From Camelus dromedarius (Eukaryota): a stretch of DNA of 64,000 bases. Positions 26,812 through 36,106 of this stretch are shown here, piece by piece. The stretch lies in contig NC_087437.1 in the NCBI RefSeq assembly GCF_036321535.1, forward strand, positions 82,834,001 through 82,898,000. The letters are read 5' to 3'. Positions within the stretch are counted from its first letter, which is position 1; each line of letters opens with the position of its first letter. Below the pieces are notes generated by a model that saw only the letters and a list, made by a program, of their open reading frames with translations, was not told where the DNA came from and did not search any database. The position numbers and the translations under genes are program-made.

Positions 26812-26960
26812 GTATGCCTGCTTTAAACGTGAGAATTTGATATTCCCTGGACTTGTGGTATAATTTTCCATAAATATATTTAAAAGCATTATGATATAAC
26901 TATTTTAATCAAGTGGGTGTAGGTAAAAGAATATAAAGAATTTTTTAAACTTTTTTCAAG

Positions 26961-27086
26961 GTCGTGCCCCCAAATTTACTCAACCACTGCAACCTCGAAG
27001 TAGGAATGAATTTCCTGCACAGACAGAGCAAACAACTGCCACTCCTGAAATCAAGAATACTACCGTAACTCCAAATGTCACCAAAG
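26961..27086 (+). CDS. DCBLD2: DCBLD2 exon 12 (Pro/Thr-rich stalk)
   Basis: ttcaag|GT...AAAG|gtacgc, 126 nt; [41 protein letters not shown](D). Confidence 0.96.
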
Positions 27087-27946
27087 GTACGCAGCTCTGA
27101 AAATTAATACCTGTTCATCGTAGTGGGGATTTTGTTTTTAACCTAAGTTTTCAGAAACTTTTCCAGCTTTAAAACCTTCTGTTTTTTTCCCCCTCTAAGT
27201 ATAGCAAAAAAATTTGATTCCCTTCCTTATGGAAAAAAATGTTTGCATTGCTCTGAGTGGTACTCTGATGCCATGTGAGATGGCTCTTTACATGTTGAGA
27301 GATGGGTGCTGTGTTCCAGGCTTCCTCCTACAACTTTTTTCCCTCTGCAGCTAACCACAGGGAGTTTCAAAGTTAGATAATGTTCTAGAAATAACTGAAA
27401 CCATAGCAGGAAACAGACTTTTTCTGATCATATATTAATTTGCTGGATAGGGAACTTGGTACAAAAAAGGAAAGAAGCAAAAAAAAACAGAAGTTTTGGT
27501 GAAAATTAATACCTTTTAAAGAAAGTACTTTGTTAATGTATTTATTAAAAAAAAAACTTTGGTCTCTCTTTTAAAAATGTTTATTTTTTCAGATTATAAA
27601 TATAATTGTTTTAGTAGAATTTGCTTTCAAATTTTGTTATTCGTATGAAACATACTAGCTCTTTGATTTTACTAGTTGAAAATTTTTTTCAGCTGAATCC
27701 AGGAATAAAAAGCATCAGCGTCACAGAGGAGTTGATTTCAGTGTCGACACTAATTTTCAGGCAATGCAGAGAAGAGAAAGCGAGTCAGAGTAACTTGTAT
27801 CACATAGAACGTTCATCATTCTCATTTTCTGATAAGTTGTCTGATTCAGATAACTTTCTCCAACTTTCCAGATGTCAGTTTCTCTCCTGTCTTCTAAAGC
27901 ATTTCCATATGGACCAATTTATTTCTCATGCTGCAGGAAAACCTGG

Positions 27947-28450
27947 TGTCCACTAAAAAAAATGAAAACACACACACACACAACCTAAAAATTGAGAATT
28001 ATGTTTTATTTGGTGGCCTTACCAAGAAGTACAGCCTGAGATACAGCCTCTTAGGTAGCTCTGAGAGACTGTTCCAAAGAGTTGAGGAAGGAGCAGGATG
28101 TATAGGAGTTTTTGCCGGGGGGTGGGGGGGTGGAACGGGACAAAGCAATAAAAAGAAAATATGGAGTCAAAACATCAAAAGGTGACTGCTAATCATAAAC
28201 ACAGACATCTCAAGTTAATGATTTTAGTGCTTTTCTTTGTATGAGAAGATGCAAGAGTCTGGGCTTATTGAAATGATTCCTCTGATGTGTATCTTAGCGA
28301 TTTAGGGCCAGTGTCCTGTTTTTCTCCATCCTGAATCCTCTCAGGGTGCACTGTGGGCTGGCGGGGTCAGGGGCGGGAATAGTGGCTAATGACTTGATGG
28401 CAACATTCTTGATTACTGAAATGGCAGGTAATGTTTTTTTCTTGTCCACA
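27947..28450 (-). mobile_element. Solo LTR, ERV1 MER41-like (cetartiodactyl MER41_BT-type)
   Basis: ~500 bp TG...CA element; cacaacctaaaaattgagaattatgttttattt recalled from this family; reverse complement aligns with the copy at 63800. Confidence 0.75.
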
Positions 28451-29270
28451 CCAAAGAGAAGCACGAGTCCACAGAGACAAGAAATTACAGCATCCCACAA
28501 AGAGCTGTCCTTTTACAGAAAGTATGTGTTTGGGTGGAATCCCAGACCATGTACTCGGATGGAAGAATAGTCATTTAAAAGTGCTGTTCATCTTAGAATC
28601 TGACTATACAATTTTAAAATCTCAAGACTAAAAGTGTCCTTAAAGCATTTTCTTCCAGAACTAGGATCCCTGTAAGCTTTAAAATAATGACAAAGAACGT
28701 ACAGATCTCTTTGATTAAAGACCTCTGTCTCCCTTTCTTTAGAATGGTAGTATATAGACTTTTAATTTTTTTGGACCTAAGAATATCCTTTATTGCCTCT
28801 GATTAACTCCAACTGTATCAATCTGAACCTGATTTTTCTCTCTCCAGTTTCACAGATTATTTTAGGGATAAAGCACCATTTACTTCTCAGAATTCTCAGT
28901 GCTTTCTAGCCTGAATCACCGTATGTGCACTTCCCCTTTCTCCATTTCTATATCCAGGCTGTGAGGGATGCTGGCAAAAGTCATGTCATGGTCAGGTTTG
29001 TGCCAGTGTGACACCCAGATCCTCCTTCAGTGGGGCCCTCAGGACCAGCCGGTGTCTCTCCATTTCCCTGGTTAGCTCTTCCGTCTGCTCTTGGCAGTAG
29101 CTGCCTGAAACACTCCATATTTTTCAAACCCAATCTCATTGCATAAAGTATGTTTATGCTTTTTTTTTTTAGATAGAAAATCTTTGAATGATGGTATGGT
29201 TAATCTTTGTTCTTTTCCTTAATGATTTCTGCCTTTGGTTGTAATGTGTGGTTTTTGTTTGTTTTTTCAG

Positions 29271-29364
29271 ATGTAGCCTTGGCCGCAGTCCTTGTCCCTG
29301 TGCTAGTAATGGTCCTCACCACTCTCATCCTTGTACTGGTGTGTGCTTGGCATTGGAGAAACAG
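29271..29364 (+). CDS. DCBLD2: DCBLD2 exon 13 (transmembrane helix)
   Basis: tttcag|AT...ACAG|gttagt, 94 nt; [30 protein letters not shown](R). Confidence 0.97.
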
Positions 29365-31289
29365 GTTAGTACAAACTAGTTCACCTGCTTGGTCCTAGAG
29401 AGGGTGTTTCCAGTGTGAAATAGAAACCAAGTATAGAAGATGAACTACAATTCACTTTTTTGAGAGGATGAGTTAAGATATTCATTAGAACAAAAATATA
29501 TACCTTTTTCCCCTTTATTCCCATAAAAAAAAACTTCAATTCCACAGTTAGTTACTTAGTACTACCTTTTATTATATCAAATTCCATGTTACACACTAGG
29601 ATATACATATTAGGAAGACACACAGTTGGTGCTTTAGTGACATTTAATGAAAGGCTGAGACATGGTTCTTATCTCCAATGTTGAGCTGGATTGACTGCTG
29701 GGGACCACAGGTGCAAGGGCCATGAGAGTTACCTGAAATCTTTTTTACAGAGTAATCCTCATATGTGGCATGTTTTGCCTTAAAGGAGAAGTTGGATTTG
29801 GCTGGAAGAGGAAGACAGAGAATGGCTAGACTGAGGGATGGCTTGGGCGAAGGCACAGAGATGTGGATTGTAGGCAGATGAGTGGGTCCTCATGGGGACT
29901 TGGCCGTGGGTGAGCACTGAGAGCGAACTGTGGACAAGAGTCCAGACCCAGGTCAGGATGGTCCTCAGGGGAGAGAGATTCGACGTCGTTCCGTAGATGG
30001 GGAGTCACTGACCAGTGTTCAGCAGACAAGTGGTATTACCAGATGATTGTAGAAAGGTGGTGGCAGGAGTTTTGGAGGGTGGATTGAAGAGAGAGACTAG
30101 AAGAGGCGAAGGGAAGAGTTAGGAGATGACGAAGGCCATATAGGAATGTAACAGCAGTTCTAGGAAAGGGAGAGGGACGCAGGGGAAGAGCTGCCCGGGG
30201 CATCGGTGGGGTGCGTGGCTGGCTACTTGCTGAGAGAGGTGGGAGATCTAGGGTTATTCTGGCTTGTGCAGTTAGAGCGGGAGAGATGTCATGAGTTGAA
30301 ATAACAGGGCAGGAGGGAGTCTGGTGGAATGACAGGTTTGGAGGGGCTTCATTTGTTGAGCCGTTCAATAAATATTTGGGCTTCTACTCCATGCCAAGTA
30401 TTTGGCTGTGTCCTGGGAGCTCAGTGGTGAACCCCAGAGTCTCTGGAATAGGAGAGGATACATTGCAGAAAACTAGCCACCATGGTACCTGTTTGTTGTA
30501 GGGGCGAGCCGTCAGGGCTGGTAAGAATCACAAGATTGGAGACAAAACAGTAGCCAGTATTCAATTCATGAATCACTTGGTTTGCTTCATATAATTAGCA
30601 CACAACACAGGTTAGTTAAAGTAGGGAAAGGTGGGGGTGACGATCCACTCCAAGGAGAAGTTAGGAAGGAGGCATTTCAGCATGAGCGACGGCCTCTGGT
30701 CTGGCCCGGGTCTCGTGAGTGAGAAGTCGCCCCCGGTTCTGACAGGGCCCCAGCAGCATCCGTCTGGAACAGCTCTCAGCGGTGTGGAATCGGGGCCTCC
30801 AGTGAAGAGCCTTCAAGACACTCGACTCAGGGGCAGGAGAAGGTGGGAGGTCTTGGCTCTATCACTTGCTCTGTCTGTGCCAGTGACGTACATGGCCCAT
30901 CAAACTTCTGATCTAAAGTAATCTTAGTTTATCACGAAGACACTGGCAGCCCGATAGCAGACAGTTCAAAACAGCTAATCTGGAAGTTCGTGTTGGCCAC
31001 TGGGCTCCATCTTGAACTACTTAACATGTCTTAACATAGCGGAAATCCTGTAAGTGTCACACGCAATGAGTAGGAATCATAACACAAAAGAGCCCACATC
31101 AGAACAGTGCCAGCCACACAGCGTGTTCCGCGGGAGGATCCTGGATTTCTGGTGCTGAGGAGGCTGAGCAGAACCAACAGCTTGGGTGAGGGCAGTAGGG
31201 GAAGGTGGAGGGAAGGGCTCTAGGAGAGCCCAGGGGGAGAGGTCACGGTGCTCTCGGGGAACTGGACAGCAGCGATAGCAATGATGAGA

Positions 31290-31530
31290 ACAGCAGCAGC
31301 AGCTCATTTTTATGTAAGATTAAGTGCTGATTTACTCGGGATTCTAAATGCCTTACATGTTTTAACTCATTTAACCCTCCAGACAATCTGTGACGCAGGT
31401 GTTGTTACAAATCCCATTTTACAGAAGAGGTGAGACTAATAGAACATAAGTAACCTGTCCGAGGTCACCTGGCCAGCACATGGCAGAGAGGAGGTTTGGA
31501 CGGGGCTTCACAGCCCAGGCCCTTAACCTG
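31290..31530 (-). mobile_element. MIR SINE, antisense
   Basis: aactcatttaaccctccagacaatctgtga...cccattttacagaagagg...taagtaacctgtccgaggtcac. Confidence 0.8.
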
Positions 31531-33054
31531 CTGCCTCTGATCAGTCAGTCGATCAGGTCTCAGGCGCTGTGGTTAACACCCAGGGTCGTGGGGTGGGGAC
31601 TGGGGAGTAGAGTTGTTGAGAGGGAGGCAGGAGGCAAGTCCTGGGATCAGTTTGGGGTGGTGTTTAAAGGGCCCTGTGGACATTCAGACTAAAGAGGCAG
31701 ATGGAGGATGAGCCTGGTCAGGAGAAAAGGTCTGAGCTGCAGGACTAAAGTTATGTCTAAGAACAGAGTAGTTGAAATTGCTGACTTTGTGACAAGGAGT
31801 AAAGGAGGTGTCATTAAAGGGCTGTGGAAAATATCAAGGAGAAAAAAAAATTTTTAAAAAACAGCTGCAGCTTATTGAACCCTTAACTAATCATGCCCAC
31901 CCAGCACTGTTCTGAGTACTTTACACATAGTGAAGTAACCTGAAGCTTTGTCACTTGAGATTAAGAATGTGACATCCTTTATAGTACAACCCTTGGACAG
32001 CTTCAGTACCTACCATCTCTTCCACAACTTTTATGTTATACCTTACTTTGAAATAATGAAATATCACATTTTAAGTACAGCCAGACTTTAAAATGAAGAA
32101 GCTTTTAGTATCAACAATAAAAATACAGTTTTACATTGGAGAAGCATGTTTCCAAGTAGGAAAAGTACGTAGCTTGGCTTCTTTGAGAAAGCCATGTTTG
32201 TGATCTTGAGCAAATCATGTGACCGTCTTATCCTCATTTGTAAACTGCAACAATTTGTTTCTCTTCAGCTTGCAAAGTGTCATTTTAATTAGATTTACAT
32301 TCTTGAATCAGAAAACAACCTTTCATGTGCTTTTTTTTCTTTGTAAAAGGCACTTGGTAGATAGTAATTCTTAATGTCGGGGAGGGAACAGGAATTTCTC
32401 CAGAGGAGATGGTTTGAATTCCAAGGAACGGGCTGGGGAGAACCTTTATTGCACGCATGGCCTCGCCTCCCAGGCCTGGAGAATCCTGTTCTCACTGTTA
32501 GTGATAGCCTCGACTTACACTGGGCCGTGGGGAGGAATCATGTCTGTGCAGTGAAGGGTATGTGACACCGTAAACTTCTATGGGGCAAAAGGCCTAGAAG
32601 AAACAAAAAGTTGAAAATAACAATGCAGAAGAAAATGTGGGATTTTTGTTGTTGTTCTGTGAACTTTGTGAATCAACTGATTTGTGAAATTTGTATTTGG
32701 AACCAAAACAGCCGTAATCTCATTTCCCCACAATAAGCCATTTGTCAGAGTTGGGTCTTTGATTTGATTCAGCATTTTTATCTACAGATTTAGTCTTTTT
32801 TCAGAGGGAAATAGTTGGGTAACAAGGTAACTATCTCGGGAGACAGTTGTTTCATATTTATTGAGAGTCCAGAATTCACAAAGCACAGCAGTGTCAGCTT
32901 TGAAAGTCAGATGAAAGAGAGGTAGACCAGCCAGTAGAAATGTGTGTTCTTGACTAATTTTTAACTCTGGTGTTTATCCTGCCATTTCACAGCTTTCTTA
33001 TGGGTGAATACACTCTTATTTGCTGACTTTATTTTTCCCCCTGTATTTTTCCAG

Positions 33055-33104
33055 AAAGAAAAAAACTGAAGGCACCTATGACTTACCTTACTGGGACCGG
33101 GCAG
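33055..33104 (+). CDS. DCBLD2: DCBLD2 exon 14 (juxtamembrane, first YxxP)
   Basis: ttccag|A...GCAG|gtaatt, 50 nt; KKKTEGTYDLPYWDRA(G). Confidence 0.96.
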
Positions 33105-33130
33105 GTAATTCACAGCTTTGCATCTCTTTT

Positions 33131-33166
33131 CCACCAGGGGGCGCCCCTGCCCTCCAGGTGGCAGCA
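33131..33166 (+). promoter_or_regulatory. Tandem CTCF motifs
   Basis: CCACCAGGGGGCGC (33131-33144, exact core consensus) and CCTCCAGGTGGCAGCA (33151-33166). Confidence 0.65.
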
Positions 33167-33855
33167 GTGAGTGAGGAGAGTCTTTTTCACGCCCACAGCA
33201 ACTCCCCAGCACTGTTAAACAATCTGGTCTTCCTCTTCTATCCTGATCATTTTTACTTTTCTGTAAAATTTCTTCTAGTCAATAAGTAATGAAATGGAAA
33301 GTAAGGATTTGTCATAACACACACTGTTCTTTTTCTTCTGGAAAACTTGTCTGGTTTGTCCCAATCTATGTACCTATCTTGAGGATACCTGCTTTCTGTG
33401 TAGTGGACGTGTGGACACTTTAAGAAGCAGAGGATTGCGGTCCTGGTGGCACACTATGTCACTGCGCTGTGGGCGTTTACCACAGTGCTGTGAGGAGCTG
33501 TCATCTTCTGAATTCCTCCTCAGTGTGGTGGGTGGCAGATTGTGGCAGGTGACACCAGGGCCCTCTACGGGTCCCACACTTCCCAGTCTCACTCCTGGAA
33601 TGACCATTAGGAGCCAAAAGAGTTCACTGTGACTGGGGAAGAGCAGTGGTGGGGATGGGGCACATGCTGCTACCCCTAGGGTTGGTCTTAGAAGTTTCTG
33701 AAAAAAACTTACTAAAAATCACTGCTCCAACAAACTGTATTTGGCTGCACTATATAACAGCAGTGATTTGCTTCAGTATATGCTTTTGATAGAGATTTCT
33801 ACCATGTTCTGCTTTGCACTGGATATTCTATCAAAGCAAAAAATAAGCTTGAACA

Positions 33856-34648
33856 ACTTAAGGAACTAGAAAAAGAACAGACTAAAACCAGAGCTACAGG
33901 AAAAAAAGGAAATAATAAAGATTAGAGAACAGAGAAACACAGTAGAGGATAAAAAAGCAAAACCAGTTTTGGCAAGGATGTAGAGAAATTGGAACCCTTG
34001 TGCATTATTGGTGGGAATGTAAAATGGCATAGCTTCTGTGGAAAACAGAATTTTTTGGCAGTTCCTCAAAAATTTAAAAATAGAATTACCATATGATCCA
34101 GCAATTCCACTTCTAGGTGTATGCCCGAAAGGATTGAAAGCAGAATCTTGAAGCGATATTTGTACACCCAAGTTCATAGCAGTGTTATTCACAATAGTTA
34201 AAATGTGAAAGCAATCCAAGTATCCAACTAATAAATGGATAAGCAAGATGTGGTATGTACATAAAATGGGATATTATTAGGCCTTAAAAAGGAAGGACAT
34301 TCTGCTGTATATTACAGCGTGGGTGAACCTTGAGGACATTATGCTATGTGAAATAAGCCAGTCACAAAAAGACAGATACTGTAGGAGTACATTCATACGA
34401 GGTACTTAGAGTAGTCAGAATTATAAAGACAAAAAGTAGAACATAGTTGCCAGGGGCTGGAGGAGAGAATCAGGAGTTACTGTTTAATAGGTGTGGAGTT
34501 TCCGTTTTCCAGGATGAAAAGAGTTACAGTGATGGATGGTGGTGACGGTTGTAAACAATGTAAATGTACTTAATATCACTGAATTGTTTACTTAAAAATG
34601 GTTATGGTGGGAAATTTTATGTTACGTGTATTTTACGACGATTTTAAA
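33856..34648 (+). mobile_element. L1MA/MB-type LINE with internal deletion
   Basis: ORF2 N-terminal-third peptide [15 protein letters not shown] fused to C-terminal [19 protein letters not shown] and 3'UTR; TSD aagcttgaaca / aagcttcaaca. Confidence 0.85.
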
Positions 34649-34793
34649 AAGCTTCAACATAAAGGCTAGTTTGTATAGATACTTGCTACAGAAATGCCTT
34701 AAATGCAACAGGATTTCTCCCTTAATATACTGTTAATCATTTCAGACAGAGCTTTTTATTTAATAGTCTCTTTTGCTTGTGATCGCAATGAAG

Positions 34794-34931
34794 GCTGGTG
34801 GAAAGGAATGAAGCAGTTCCTCCCTGCCAAGTCAGTGGAACATGAGGAAACCCCAGTTCGCTACAGCAGCAGCGAAGTCAATCATCTGAGTCCGAGAGAG
34901 GTCACCACAGTGCTGCAGACTGACTCTGCAG
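34794..34931 (+). CDS. DCBLD2: DCBLD2 exon 15 (cytoplasmic tail)
   Basis: atgaag|GC...GCAG|gtaacc, 138 nt; [45 protein letters not shown](E). Confidence 0.95.
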
Positions 34932-35636
34932 GTAACCGGGGGCCCAGGAGGACACTGCTGGGCTTGCCCTAAAGGGCTTTGGGATTTACGATACCTTTTT
35001 ATCTGTTTCATGCATAAGAGGTGAGCTAGTTTCCAAAGGGAGAACCACTTCTAAAAAGACGTTGAGAGAGTCATTTCTGTCTTAGATGTTCTATCCATAA
35101 AATTGAGGCCGTCATTTTTAAAAACTACAGGAATTTTGCCTGTTTCCCTGGAATTTAGTTTGGTTTTATTGGGTGTTTGAGGACATTAAAAGGAGAGCAG
35201 GAAATACACAGTGAGCCTTACGGAATTTATCCTATTAACCTAGTCTGTGCTTATTTTAAGCAGGTGCTAATACTTGAAAAGGAAGAAAATCTTACGAACT
35301 TATTTTCTGAAACTAGTATTATTCCAGTAATGGAATATTTTATAATGAAATATTTTCTATCAACCTGAAGCACATATATAGACGCTTTTTATGCAGAATT
35401 ACATGAATGAAGCTTTCTGGCACATCAACTTAGTACGATGAGATACAAGATAACATCTTTCATTTTAATTTTTGAAGTTGGTCCTTGCAGGAAAATCCAC
35501 AGGTCTCTGTTGATAACAAAAGTGCCATAAAGATGTGTTTGCTTTTGGTGTGAGCCTGCAGCTGCCACCTGAAATTGCATGGCCCCTGCATTAACGAGAG
35601 AACTTTTCTGTTGTCTCTGTTTTGCGATGTCCACAG

Positions 35637-36106
35637 AGTACGCACAGCCACTTGTGGGAGGGATTGCTGGCACGCTTCATCAGAGATCTACCTTTAAGCC
35701 AGAAGAAGGAAAAGAAGCAGGCTATGCCGATCTGGACCCGTACAGCTCCCCGGCACAGGAAGTGTACCACGCCTATGCTGAGCCGCTCCCAGTCACTGGG
35801 CCCGAGTACGCCACCCCCATCGTCGTGGACATGTCCGGGCACCCAGCAGCCTCAGTTGCTCTGCCGTCAACGTCCACTTTCAAAGCTGCAGGGAACCAGC
35901 CTCCCCCTTTAGTGGGGACATACAACACTCTTCTCTCCAGGACTGACAGCTGCTCCTCAGCCCAGGCCCAGTATGATACCCCAAAAGGTGGGAAGCTGGG
36001 TCCGAGTGCCCCAGACGAACTGGTGTACCAGGTGCCGCAGAGCACGCAGGAGGTACCTGGAGCGGGGAGGGATGGTGAATGTGATGTTTTTAAAGAAATC
36101 CTTTGA
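35637..36106 (+). CDS. DCBLD2: DCBLD2 exon 16, coding part to TGA (six YxxP motifs)
   Basis: ccacag|[40 protein letters not shown]...[31 protein letters not shown], matching the recalled human C-terminus. Confidence 0.97.

Noticed and set aside
33866..34246. 126-aa minus-strand ORF
   Set aside because: Antisense translation of L1 3' sequence, a common artefact.
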